A DNA stretch of 64,000 bases from a virus (taxonomy: Duplodnaviria > Caudoviricetes). Position numbers and translations under genes: made by a program. The stretch's first letter is position 1, and each line of letters starts with the position of its first letter. The notes beneath the pieces were generated by a model. The model was not told where the DNA came from. It did no database searches and worked only from the letters and a program-made list of their open reading frames with translations. The stretch covers positions 64,386-128,385 of IMG/VR virus record IMGVR_UViG_3300033069_001185. One strand, 5' to 3'. Positions 46,344 to 56,023 of this stretch are shown piece by piece.

Positions 46344-46922
46344 GTTTTCCTATATAGCACAGACCCGCACAAAACTGCTTCAGATTTGACCCTTCTGTGT
46401 TCGTTTCGCTAACTTGCCAACGATTGCTTTGCTAATCCAACACGAAGAAATCAACTACTTTCCTCGTCACTTAACGTCAATCTCGGCTTCACTTTTTGAC
46501 CGATTGCTTCGCTACTTTTATAACGATCTGTGGAAATTTTCCACACTCGTAGTTTTTTATAGCAAAAAACCCTTGAAATTCTATATCAATAGGTACTTTT
46601 TGAATTGATTCGCTACTTTTATGACGATCCGATAGACACAAGTATGATCGTTTACCTACTGTTGCATGATCCTTGTGTATAGTATTGCTTAGTATAGGGC
46701 TTTCGATAGAAAGCAACTGTTTGCATTGATATCATATATGACAGACGGTTACAAAGGGATTTTGATAAACAGCGAAAAGAACTCTGTTTGCGTCCCGCGA
46801 TTGAAGCCCGCAAACATTGGCTGGCGCTAAACAATTAGCTTGCAGTTTCTCACAAACAATGCTAATAGAGTGCTTTCGATCTCTGTTCGCTACCGCGAAC
46901 CTTACTAAAAGGAACATTATTA
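46344..46922. other. Divergent non-coding region, candidate replication origin/control region
   Basis: Strand switch; 21-bp near-perfect repeat at 46508 and 46609; palindrome GTGGAAA-T-TTTCCAC at 46530-46544. Confidence 0.45.
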
Positions 46923-47507
46923 ATGATAGTATCTTTTCTTGGTTCTCCTAAGTCTGGAAAGACAACAACAGCAGCAATGCTGTTTGCTCAGCTAAAGACC
47001 GCAGGGTTTAACTGCGAGTTCATTACAGAACAAGCTAGGTTTTACATTGCCAGCAAACGTATTCAAGAACGTGGTGGACCGGTTACTTTGTCTGATGAAG
47101 ATCAGATTGCTATAGCTACTAAGCAGCTAGAAATTGAAAACCTCATGCTGAAGGCATGTAGCAAAGAGACTGTGATTGTAACTGACAGTTCACCCTTTAA
47201 CGCTTTGCTATATCTATACGATCACAAACTGTTTGAAAAGCTTCAGCCAGAGATTCTCAAGAGATCCACGGTTTACTTCTATGCACAGCCGGTTAGCTGG
47301 TTAAACGAGCTTCAAGACAACAACAGGGTACACAGTAAAGAAGAATCAATGGTTATCGACGGTTTGATTCCTAAAGTATTGTTTCCCATTGTTGGCAAAA
47401 CCCATACCCTAGTAGGTATTCCTGAAGAGAGAAGCAAGCTGGCATATCAAACCGTCCTTCACTACCTAACAGGTATGGAATTCCAATACAATGATAACAA
47501 TCGTTAA
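46923..47507 (+). CDS. NadR/AAA_28-like P-loop kinase
   Basis: GSPKSGKTT, E.AR, VTDS. Confidence 0.75.
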   Translation: MIVSFLGSPKSGKTTTAAMLFAQLKTAGFNCEFITEQARFYIASKRIQERGGPVTLSDEDQIAIATKQLEIENLMLKACSKETVIVTDSSPFNALLYLYDHKLFEKLQPEILKRSTVYFYAQPVSWLNELQDNNRVHSKEESMVIDGLIPKVLFPIVGKTHTLVGIPEERSKLAYQTVLHYLTGMEFQYNDNNR

Positions 47508-48969
47508 CCCTACAGAATGCGAATTAGAGTTTGTTTCGGATCACCAACTGTCTGAGACCAGACGATTGCTCACCTATACCGACAAACAAGCTGTAACAGA
47601 GCTACAGAGGTTTAAGAAAGCTTATTGGTATGTATCAAAGCACGGTCAGGAGGCTTTCGATGATGAAAAACGAAGACTAGAAGGCTTGACTAAAAAGTGT
47701 TTGCTGTTTCAACGAGAAAATGGCAGCTATTGGACATATTCTGGTCTAGCTTCAACGATCTCCAAGAAAACAGGGCTAGCCATACAAAACAAGGTAAACT
47801 ACCCAGAAGCCCGTTTAATCCCTTATGCAAAGCCTCTTCCGTTTGAATTGCACTACTATCAAAAGGACGGCACTGAAGCTTTGCTTGCAGCTAACCATGC
47901 TGGAGTAGAATTTGGAACAGGTCTCGGTAAATCACCGATGATTCTCTCTGTTGCAAAGCGTTTAGGACTAAAGACATTGATAATGGCCCCGAGTTCTAGC
48001 ATAGCTAATCAGCTTTTTGATATGTTTACAACTCATTTCGGCAAAAAATACGTTGGAGGGTTCTTTGGAGGAAAGAAGGAAAGCAAGAAGATGTTTACGA
48101 TCGCTCTTCCGCAAAGCTTGGTCAGAATAGACAAAACCGATCCTAATTACAAAGAGTTTGAAAAGGTGCAAGTTTTCGTTGCAGATGAAAGCCACCAATG
48201 TCCAGCCTCTACGTTGGCAGATGTTTGCTTCGGTCTAATGAAGAAAGCTCCGTATCGGTTTTTCTTCAGTGCTACTCAGATGCGTAATGACGGTAAAGAT
48301 CTATTGTTAGAAGCCATTACAGGACCTATTGTCAAGAGAATGTCTGTCAAGGAAGGAGTTGATCAGGGTTTTTTGGCAAAACCTATTTTCAAAATGGTGC
48401 AGAGCTACTCTGGTAGCAACTTCAGTAGTCCTGATGTTAATGCTATGACTAGAACACATTTCTATTACAATCCGAAAGTTATAACCCAAGCTGCCTATCT
48501 TATCAATAATTTTGTTTCAAGAATGAACCATCAGACTCTTGTACTGATCGACGAAGTTGAACAGTTTACAAAACTATTGCCGTATCTAGAACATAAGGTC
48601 ATGTTTGCTCACGGTCCTTTGTCTGAAAACAAAGCTAAGGTTCCTAAGGAATATCACGACTCTGATGTCTCTCAGCTTGTCAAAGACTTTAACGAGGGCA
48701 AGTTCCCGATCCTAGTCGGTACTAGCTGTATTTCAACCGGAACGGATATTCGGAATGTCAACAGCATTGTTTACCTTATGGGAGGTAAATCTGAGATACA
48801 AACGAAGCAATCCGTTGGCAGAGGTACAAGAATCATGCCAAACAAAAAGACTTTCTTTTTTGTTGATTTCGACGTAGTTAACATTCCACCAATGACTCGT
48901 CATGCCAGCGCTAGAAGAGAAATCTATGAAGATCTATACCCCGGTGTAGAAGATATATCAATACAATGA
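47491..48969 (+). CDS. UvsW-like SF2 DNA helicase
   Basis: YQ, GTGLGKS, DESH, SAT, STGTDI, QSVGRGTR. Confidence 0.9.
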   Translation: MITIVNPTECELEFVSDHQLSETRRLLTYTDKQAVTELQRFKKAYWYVSKHGQEAFDDEKRRLEGLTKKCLLFQRENGSYWTYSGLASTISKKTGLAIQNKVNYPEARLIPYAKPLPFELHYYQKDGTEALLAANHAGVEFGTGLGKSPMILSVAKRLGLKTLIMAPSSSIANQLFDMFTTHFGKKYVGGFFGGKKESKKMFTIALPQSLVRIDKTDPNYKEFEKVQVFVADESHQCPASTLADVCFGLMKKAPYRFFFSATQMRNDGKDLLLEAITGPIVKRMSVKEGVDQGFLAKPIFKMVQSYSGSNFSSPDVNAMTRTHFYYNPKVITQAAYLINNFVSRMNHQTLVLIDEVEQFTKLLPYLEHKVMFAHGPLSENKAKVPKEYHDSDVSQLVKDFNEGKFPILVGTSCISTGTDIRNVNSIVYLMGGKSEIQTKQSVGRGTRIMPNKKTFFFVDFDVVNIPPMTRHASARREIYEDLYPGVEDISIQ

Positions 48970-49193
48970 GAAGGGAATATGCCGCCTACGTTTATAACGT
49001 TCGTGTAGGAGGGATTTCCTTTGTTATCAATCCGGAGATTACAGATTCTGACTTGGCTCGTGAGTTTGGGAAGATTTCTCGGATGATATCTTTCCCGTTG
49101 CCTACCTCTGTATTTATACATATTTATTGTAATGATGATTCATTCGAATCTATTATTGATAACAGCCCCGCACGACTGGAAAAAGTATTGTGA
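48966..49193 (+). CDS. Small hypothetical protein
   Basis: ATGA coupling. Confidence 0.5.
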   Translation: MRREYAAYVYNVRVGGISFVINPEITDSDLAREFGKISRMISFPLPTSVFIHIYCNDDSFESIIDNSPARLEKVL

Positions 49194-49205
49194 TATACTT
49201 TTGTA

Positions 49206-50279
49206 ATGTCAATAGAACAAAACCATTTTAAGCACTTTGCCAAAACTTTAGAAGTATCTTTGCTAAAGTACAAAACTGATGAAGAAATCGACCTTCTAGT
49301 CTCTCAAAGAGAACAGCTAAAGACTTTGATATTTCTGGAGAATAAGTGGAAAAAGGCTTTGTTAGATCATCAGTGGGGAAGTTCGGTTTACAAGAAGTTC
49401 ATTGAACATATTTGCGATGTTCGCAGGAACATCCTCGTTGCTAGGCCGTATTTCCGAGAACGCCAAACTGTTTTTACCAAATCGATCAGCGGAGCACTGA
49501 AGGATCGTAGAGAGAAGGCCATCTTCAAATTCCGCGTCAACTATTATTTCGTGCTATTCGCTCTTAAGCAGTATAAATGGCCAGAAAAGAGTGAAATTGT
49601 CAAGATAGCAAAGGAGATAGAGAAGGTTCGAAGGCAGATCCTAGAGATCAATCTTCCTTTAGCTATCTCTCAGGCCAGAATCTTCTATGCATGTACTCCA
49701 AAGTCCCACCTCAGTTGGATGGATTTGGTTCAGATCCATTGCGGTGGTCTACTTATTGCTATTGATAAGTTTGTGCCACCAGATACCAAGAAAATGTCCG
49801 ACAGCGAATCGTTACAGGCTTACCGTAAGTTCCGAGCTGTGGCTATTGGCCGTATGATTTCTGACAGAATTGAGCAATACTCTGAAACCGTTTTGCACTT
49901 CTATCCAGCAGATCGGAAAAAACTATACCGAGCACATAAACTTCTTCGTCAGTTCAAGGGCGAAATCGACTACGATAAGCTTGCCGTTCTTGTGAACGAA
50001 GGCGTAGAAATCGAAAGTCAGAAAACCAACGGCAAGGAACTTGCCAACCTGCTTGCCTCAGCCTCTACTGTAAGCGGGGACGTATCTGTCTCTAACGACG
50101 AAGGAGACGAGCCAGAAACCACCTTGGAACGTTATGTAGTGCCAAAAGAAACTAGACCTGAAGCCGCTGTAGAAGATCTACAGGCACTATCAAAAATGAA
50201 GTCTGTAGCGGCGACTCTACCTCTATTAGAGAGAAAAATCATTAGATTGAAAGGAGTATATCTTGAAAACGCTCAATAA
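49206..50279 (+). CDS. sigma70-family factor lacking the region-4 HTH
   Basis: RRQILEINLPLAISQAR (2.1), MDLVQ..GLLIAIDKF (2.2), KF; ends just after LPLLERKIIRLKG (start of 4.1). Confidence 0.8.
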   Translation: MSIEQNHFKHFAKTLEVSLLKYKTDEEIDLLVSQREQLKTLIFLENKWKKALLDHQWGSSVYKKFIEHICDVRRNILVARPYFRERQTVFTKSISGALKDRREKAIFKFRVNYYFVLFALKQYKWPEKSEIVKIAKEIEKVRRQILEINLPLAISQARIFYACTPKSHLSWMDLVQIHCGGLLIAIDKFVPPDTKKMSDSESLQAYRKFRAVAIGRMISDRIEQYSETVLHFYPADRKKLYRAHKLLRQFKGEIDYDKLAVLVNEGVEIESQKTNGKELANLLASASTVSGDVSVSNDEGDEPETTLERYVVPKETRPEAAVEDLQALSKMKSVAATLPLLERKIIRLKGVYLENAQ

Positions 50280-50541
50280 ACTGGTCGCAGTAAGCCCTTT
50301 TCCCACCAAATCGGTGACTACCGTAAAGAAAGGTGGCCTTGTTATTGCAGAATCAAAGGTTAGCTTAACCAAGCTGGAGGTAATGTTAGAGTCGGAAGAT
50401 GGTAAATTCCGACCGGGTATGGTAGTATATGTCAATGGGAATCTATCAACCAATCCAGAATGGTCTAACATTCATAAGCTTGAGCAGTACGGATTAGAGT
50501 TTATCCTGATTCCGGAAAGCGTGATACAATTGGTGGAATGA
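50263..50541 (+). CDS. groES: GroES-like co-chaperonin
   Basis: 92 aa; mobile loop KKGGLVI, G..VY, FILIPESVIQLVE. Confidence 0.6.
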   Translation: MKTLNKLVAVSPFPTKSVTTVKKGGLVIAESKVSLTKLEVMLESEDGKFRPGMVVYVNGNLSTNPEWSNIHKLEQYGLEFILIPESVIQLVE

Positions 50542-51554
50542 AACTTCTACTAGTCGGAGACGTTCACGCGACCCAGCAAGAACTGCCGGAATGCGAAGCA
50601 CTATTGGGTCTTATTGATATAACAGCAAAATACCAAAATGTCGATGGAATTGTGTTCATGGGAGACCAAACACATAACCATTCTGTCATGAATGTTTATG
50701 TTATGTCGTTTTGGCAGAAAGCCTTTTCTAGCTTATGCAGGCCCTGCTATGTATTGGTCGGAAACCACGATAGACCGGGCAATGGCGATCCTCAGGTCCA
50801 TTCCATGCAGTTCTTCAAACAAAACGTAACGTTCGTCTCTGACGTTTTTGAGATATCTACCGGCGTAACACTGTGTGGATTTCAATCGAACGCCGATTTT
50901 GTATCGAAGATGGAGTCTCTGCCTGTAGAGACAAAAACAGTTCTCTGTCACCAGACTTTCTTGGGAGCTAAGTACGAGAATGGGTTTTTTGCTACTGACG
51001 GCGTAGATCTGGCAGATGTACCAAAGTTTCAGTACATTTCAGGACATATACATACACCGCATACATTTGCCAACGTCTATTACATAGGCGCTCCGCGCTG
51101 GAGAACTTTGGCGGACGCAAACGTAGATCGGTTCTTATATGTGATGGACTTTGATTTGCAGGGGAGTGTTCAGTCTACAGTGACGATCCCCACAAGCCCA
51201 ACGTGTAGGCCTATTGTCAGGCTTTCGCTGGAAGAGGAAGAGGGTTCTGATACTTCGGCTGTTCTTTCGGCTCTCAGCAGCTATCAAGGAGAGGACGTTC
51301 GCCTAGATATCACCGGATCTAGGATGTTTGTCAATCTCTGTCTGACCACTTTAGAGAATAGGCGTAATAGCCGAACCGGCATTAAAATTAGAACGTTTGT
51401 TCAAGAAGACAAGACCAAAGCCGTCGTATCTGAAAAGGACGGTATTGATAAAGCTTTGATTTCTTATGTAGAAGGTAGTTCGATTGACCCTGAAGATCGT
51501 AAAGAAATCTTGAAGATGGTAGAGGAAAGAATCCTGTGTCAGAGCCAACAATAG
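50538..51554 (+). CDS. SbcD/Mre11/gp47-like metallophosphoesterase nuclease
   Basis: GDVH, GD, GNHD, HQ, SGHIH. Confidence 0.88.
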   Translation: MKLLLVGDVHATQQELPECEALLGLIDITAKYQNVDGIVFMGDQTHNHSVMNVYVMSFWQKAFSSLCRPCYVLVGNHDRPGNGDPQVHSMQFFKQNVTFVSDVFEISTGVTLCGFQSNADFVSKMESLPVETKTVLCHQTFLGAKYENGFFATDGVDLADVPKFQYISGHIHTPHTFANVYYIGAPRWRTLADANVDRFLYVMDFDLQGSVQSTVTIPTSPTCRPIVRLSLEEEEGSDTSAVLSALSSYQGEDVRLDITGSRMFVNLCLTTLENRRNSRTGIKIRTFVQEDKTKAVVSEKDGIDKALISYVEGSSIDPEDRKEILKMVEERILCQSQQ

Positions 51555-51913
51555 AAGAAATCGTAGATACGAACCGTCTGTACTCTACCGTGGGTGGCCA
51601 GCTTCTTGAATTTCAGATCAAGAACCTCAAAGCTCTGCCGTTGGTGGCTTTCGGAGAAACCCTAGAGAATGAATTTACCATAAATTTCGATAAACTATCA
51701 ATCTCGTTCGTTCTGAAAGGTAAGTCGGATCAGGTAATCTCTCAAGAGCTTTGTGAAGCGTTCGTAATGGGTATCAAGAAGATTATAGGAAAATTCGACG
51801 TTCAGGTAACAATAAACGGAGCAACGGTTGTTCGAGGTAGCAAATATGTCGAACCTAGTAAAGATCGAAAACGTAAAAAATCTAAGTCCAAACGAAAAAA
51901 ACGCCTACGATAA
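51536..51913 (+). CDS. Hypothetical protein with basic tail
   Basis: GTG start with GAGG RBS. Confidence 0.55.
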   Translation: MSEPTIEEIVDTNRLYSTVGGQLLEFQIKNLKALPLVAFGETLENEFTINFDKLSISFVLKGKSDQVISQELCEAFVMGIKKIIGKFDVQVTINGATVVRGSKYVEPSKDRKRKKSKSKRKKRLR

Positions 51914-52442
51914 GTACATCGCAGACGCCAAGCCACCGCTATCAGCCCTTACGGCAGCTAACCTTTTTGAGCTTTATGTTAACGGTTGCGACTGTGAAGA
52001 GATTGCCCGACTAAACCCAACGTTCGGTTTAGGTATTATTGTGCGGGCAAAGGTAGATTTCGACTGGGATCTGAGAAAAGAGAAATACCTAGATAGTCTG
52101 TTTGGCGGAATCAAAGAGAAAACCTCCAAGGTCCACCTAGAAGCTATTGACTTTGCTGCAAATACAATGACTGTATATCATAAAATATGGAACGATAAGT
52201 TCAAGAAATACATTCAGACAGGCAAAGAAGATGCACTTGAGGGCTGGAATGCTAGTTCCAAGTCATACGAGAAAGCCGTAGAAACATTGATGAAGCTAAC
52301 AGGACAGGACTCCACGAAGAAGCAAGAAATCCTCCACAAGCATTCTATTGAACAGAATGCTCCCGTGCTTTCCCGCCCTATGAGTTCTTCAGAGGCATCT
52401 GATATACTGAAGGCTCTAGAAGCCGATCGGAAAAAGGAATAA
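51846..52442 (+). CDS. Helical protein, candidate terminase small subunit
   Basis: HTH-like LYVNG..CEEIARLN; lies upstream of terL. Confidence 0.4.
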   Translation: MSNLVKIENVKNLSPNEKNAYDKYIADAKPPLSALTAANLFELYVNGCDCEEIARLNPTFGLGIIVRAKVDFDWDLRKEKYLDSLFGGIKEKTSKVHLEAIDFAANTMTVYHKIWNDKFKKYIQTGKEDALEGWNASSKSYEKAVETLMKLTGQDSTKKQEILHKHSIEQNAPVLSRPMSSSEASDILKALEADRKKE

Positions 52443-52446
52443 CAAA

Positions 52447-53079
52447 ATGAAGCAATCAACCAAAGTGGTTTTGGGTAAAGTTGGTATTTTTCTGTTTTTC
52501 AAGCTCCAGTTGTACTGGCTATGGTCTACGTTATATCGGGTTTTGTTCGAAAATCAATTTAGAACTCAAAAAATCCAAACATACGAGAATCTGAGCGACC
52601 TGCAAAAGAGACTATCAAAACTCAAATGGACCAATGACTCTTGGTTGCAGATGTTCGATGCTGTTTCTTATCCCGGAAAGATAGAACAGATCTTGTCAGG
52701 AGACATTGCACAACCAAAGCACGGTACTGACTGCGACGAGTTTGCGGTATATCTAACAGCCGCTATTGAAAGGTCGCTGACTGAGCCGTTGTGCAGATTG
52801 CAAGAAAATTCTCCCGGATTAGAGAAAGCAGAAGTCATGAGCGTTATGTGGGTCGGGAAAGACGGGCTATATTCTGGCCATAATGTATGTCTACTTACCT
52901 ACAGCACTCCAAATGGCAATACCTATTCCTACATGGATTACTTTCTCCCCAGCGCCCCTCAGTTCTCTGTAGAGGCAGTGGCCGATCAGGTTATGCGAAT
53001 GTATGCGGCTGATGCCGATTGTATTGGCTGGGCCGTCCATAATGAAAATGTATGGACCAGAAGCATTACTATTAGCTAA
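52447..53079 (+). CDS. Transglutaminase-like cysteine protease
   Basis: DCDEFA...GHNVC...YMD triad pattern. Confidence 0.6.
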   Translation: MKQSTKVVLGKVGIFLFFKLQLYWLWSTLYRVLFENQFRTQKIQTYENLSDLQKRLSKLKWTNDSWLQMFDAVSYPGKIEQILSGDIAQPKHGTDCDEFAVYLTAAIERSLTEPLCRLQENSPGLEKAEVMSVMWVGKDGLYSGHNVCLLTYSTPNGNTYSYMDYFLPSAPQFSVEAVADQVMRMYAADADCIGWAVHNENVWTRSITIS

Positions 53080-53081
53080 AT

Positions 53082-54977
53082 ATGTCGAATCAAGACCTTT
53101 TAAAGAAAGCTTTGTTTGTCCCTTGTCACAGCAAGGAGGATCTACATCGGTGGATTAAGGTCTATTTGGGTCTTGACATTCCTGACTGCACTGTTGTTGA
53201 AGAGTCCAATAGTAATCCCATGGAAGTCATCTGGGAAGTCTATTCAAAGTGTATATCCAACGATGTATCGGACATCACCCGCCTTATGGCGTATGCTTCC
53301 CGGGACAGCTTTAAAACACTGTCGGCTGCTGTTCTGGAAACACTGATGATCTTACACCTAGATCGTCCTGTGGTTCACCTAAGCGCCATTCTTCAGCAGT
53401 CAAAGAAATCTCAGGAATATGTCAAGAGTTATTTCAATAGACCGTTGATCCGAGACTACAAAGTAAAAGAGAATGAGAGGCAAATTGAGTATGTCAGGTA
53501 TTACAATGCTGTAACTGGCGATTCAATAACCGAAAAGGAATGGGAGGCGTTGCCAACCGGTCAAGGCTTGTATGAAAAGAAGCAAACATACATTCAGATC
53601 ATCGTTGCAACACTCCAATCTACCAATAGCGCTCACGTACCTTTCCTATGCGTGGACGAAATCGACGTTATCGCCAACCCCAAGGCATATGAAGAAGCAA
53701 AGTTTATTCCAGCCCCTTGGGGCAATAAGCTGCCGGTTACTTTCCTGACTTCTACCAGAAAGTTCAGCTACGGCTTGGTCCAGAAAGAGCTTGACGAAGC
53801 TGACGAGACGCATTTGGCAGTACGTCACTGGAATATCATTGACGTAACCCAGCCTTGCTTGCCAGAAAGACACCAGCCTGAGAAGCCGAAGGAAAAACTT
53901 TGGGTTTATGATGAGGAGATTCGTCACGTCACTGACGCTGAATATCAAAACCTAGATCCTGAAATTCAGAAGGACTTCGTTCAGCACGAAGGATATGCTG
54001 GCTGTGCCAAGTGTCCATTGTTTGCGGCTTGTAAAGGCCAGTTGGCGACCAAGCAGTTCTGCAAGTCAAAGCTCCTGAAGCCCATTGAGCACACTATCAA
54101 TCTCTTTAGATCGGCAAGTATTGGTTCGGCAAATGCTCAGTTGCTTTGCAGAAAGCCCGATACCAGCGGTTTGATATATCCTTACCTAGATAAGGCCGGA
54201 CATATGAAAACGGCAGCGGAGATCATGGCAATGGTCTCAACCGATGCTACTAATATCAAAACGAAAGCAGAACTAATCAGTTGGTTCTTGTCAAATGGAG
54301 CAAACTTTTACTCTGGTATGGACTTTGGCTTTACTCACGACTTTGCTGTTGTGACTGGCGCTGTCTGGGGCAACTACCTCTTTGTATTAGATTGCATTGG
54401 TATAGCAAATCTAGAACTAGACGACAAGATCCAAGCTTGTGAAAAACTGCGCTATATCAATCCTATCATTTTTGGAGACCCAGAGAGCCCTTCAGATATA
54501 GAGACTTTTCGCAAAAAAGGCAAGTTCAGAATGCGGAAGTGGGTCAAGGGGCCGGGATCTGTCAAGGCAGGCATTGAGACTATCAGATCCAAGCTACGTC
54601 CTGCAATCGGTAAGCCAACCATGTTTTTCTTGAAAGACGATTTAGGCGTTGCCGCATTGGTTGAGCAGTTATCAAAATACCACTTCAAGCTGGACGCTGC
54701 CGGTAATGTTACGGACGAACCTGCAAAAGAGAATGACGACAGGGCCGATGCTTGCCGATACTTAGTCATGAATGTCTTTAACAATAAAGGCAAGATCATT
54801 GCTTCGTTTGAAGGGAACAATGCCATTGGGAAGACAGTCCATCTTACGGACGAGCAGGCACGCAATAGCGAAATGCTAGATATTGTTCGTAACTATCTTG
54901 ACAATTCGTCAGATACGACAACCGCTGAGGAAGACGAGCCCAAAGAGAAGAAATCCAAGTTCGTTTTTGATATATAA
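53082..54977 (+). CDS. terL: Terminase large subunit
   Basis: ASRDSFKT (Walker A variant), VDEID, TST, nuclease GMDFG...DRADACRY. Confidence 0.85.
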   Translation: MSNQDLLKKALFVPCHSKEDLHRWIKVYLGLDIPDCTVVEESNSNPMEVIWEVYSKCISNDVSDITRLMAYASRDSFKTLSAAVLETLMILHLDRPVVHLSAILQQSKKSQEYVKSYFNRPLIRDYKVKENERQIEYVRYYNAVTGDSITEKEWEALPTGQGLYEKKQTYIQIIVATLQSTNSAHVPFLCVDEIDVIANPKAYEEAKFIPAPWGNKLPVTFLTSTRKFSYGLVQKELDEADETHLAVRHWNIIDVTQPCLPERHQPEKPKEKLWVYDEEIRHVTDAEYQNLDPEIQKDFVQHEGYAGCAKCPLFAACKGQLATKQFCKSKLLKPIEHTINLFRSASIGSANAQLLCRKPDTSGLIYPYLDKAGHMKTAAEIMAMVSTDATNIKTKAELISWFLSNGANFYSGMDFGFTHDFAVVTGAVWGNYLFVLDCIGIANLELDDKIQACEKLRYINPIIFGDPESPSDIETFRKKGKFRMRKWVKGPGSVKAGIETIRSKLRPAIGKPTMFFLKDDLGVAALVEQLSKYHFKLDAAGNVTDEPAKENDDRADACRYLVMNVFNNKGKIIASFEGNNAIGKTVHLTDEQARNSEMLDIVRNYLDNSSDTTTAEEDEPKEKKSKFVFDI

Positions 54978-55021
54978 CTACCCTTAATCTTTAATCAAAA
55001 CCTTTCGAGGAATCCAAACTA

Positions 55022-56008
55022 ATGGACGCCACACTCAATATTATATCAAAACTGATTGCTTTTACCGATGGGTCTTTTAGCTCGAATCCGAGATTGCGGG
55101 CTTTTGACTGGTATCGTGATGCGTCTGGAATTTCGGTTTCCGATCCAAAGTCCGAAGCCCACGCAATTCCGGTTGGAACATCCAAGCTCATTTTTAACGG
55201 GACTCGATCTACTACCATTGACGGAACGACTGCTTTTTCGATTGGCGTTTCTCCAGCAGATCCGAGTATTTATAGAATTACCTATACTTCCGGTACGGCT
55301 CCCGGCTTTAGAACCAACCGAAATCTAAACCTAGCTGGAGTTGCAGTCACGTTTGCTGTTAATAGTAACAATACTGTAACAATATCCGTTCCGGTAGGCC
55401 CAGATTTTACCGGAGTACAGGTTAACGACACTGTATTCGTGCCAAATACCGAGACAGGAGACCTCCCGAACGTCCTCGCCCACCTAAATAGCGGGTTTTG
55501 GAAGGTTTTGGCCGTAACAGACAGCCGTCATATCATAGTTTCTAGACCTATTGGCACGGATTTTGAAGGAACGTCGGAGACGCAAACGTTAGCCGGTAGC
55601 TCACAACTTCAGGCTTACGGCTCAACCGGTGTTCAAGAGGGAGATCGGCTGGAAATCACTGCCGGGTTCGCTCAAGTCACGAGACAGGCGTTCGTAGTCA
55701 AGACCGTAACTGCTAATTTTGTAGAGTTTGTATCTACTGCCCCTCTTCCGGCAGAGTCAGTTATTTCCCCTACAGCTTCTGGCATGAACTTCTATACTGA
55801 ATCCAAGCGGTTGATATACGTAGAGTGCGATCAGGACTGTGTTGTCCAGCTAAACGGCGATACTTCGGAGTTCCAAAAAGTAACTCCTATCGAAGTTGGC
55901 AATCCAGATCTACCCGGAATGTTCCTGAAATGGGGACCAGCTTGGTCTTTGACTATTGTCAATAAATCAACTTCAACCCTTAATGTTCTAGTTATTCACG
56001 CTGAATAA
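55022..56008 (+). CDS. Probable virion structural protein
   Basis: Beta-rich; between terminase and portal. Confidence 0.5.
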   Translation: MDATLNIISKLIAFTDGSFSSNPRLRAFDWYRDASGISVSDPKSEAHAIPVGTSKLIFNGTRSTTIDGTTAFSIGVSPADPSIYRITYTSGTAPGFRTNRNLNLAGVAVTFAVNSNNTVTISVPVGPDFTGVQVNDTVFVPNTETGDLPNVLAHLNSGFWKVLAVTDSRHIIVSRPIGTDFEGTSETQTLAGSSQLQAYGSTGVQEGDRLEITAGFAQVTRQAFVVKTVTANFVEFVSTAPLPAESVISPTASGMNFYTESKRLIYVECDQDCVVQLNGDTSEFQKVTPIEVGNPDLPGMFLKWGPAWSLTIVNKSTSTLNVLVIHAE

Positions 56009-56023
56009 AGGTTGCGTATTCCT

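Noticed and set aside
46414-46917. Short ORFs in the divergent region
   Set aside because: They overlap on both strands, have no RBS or motifs, and the region is dominated by DNA repeats.
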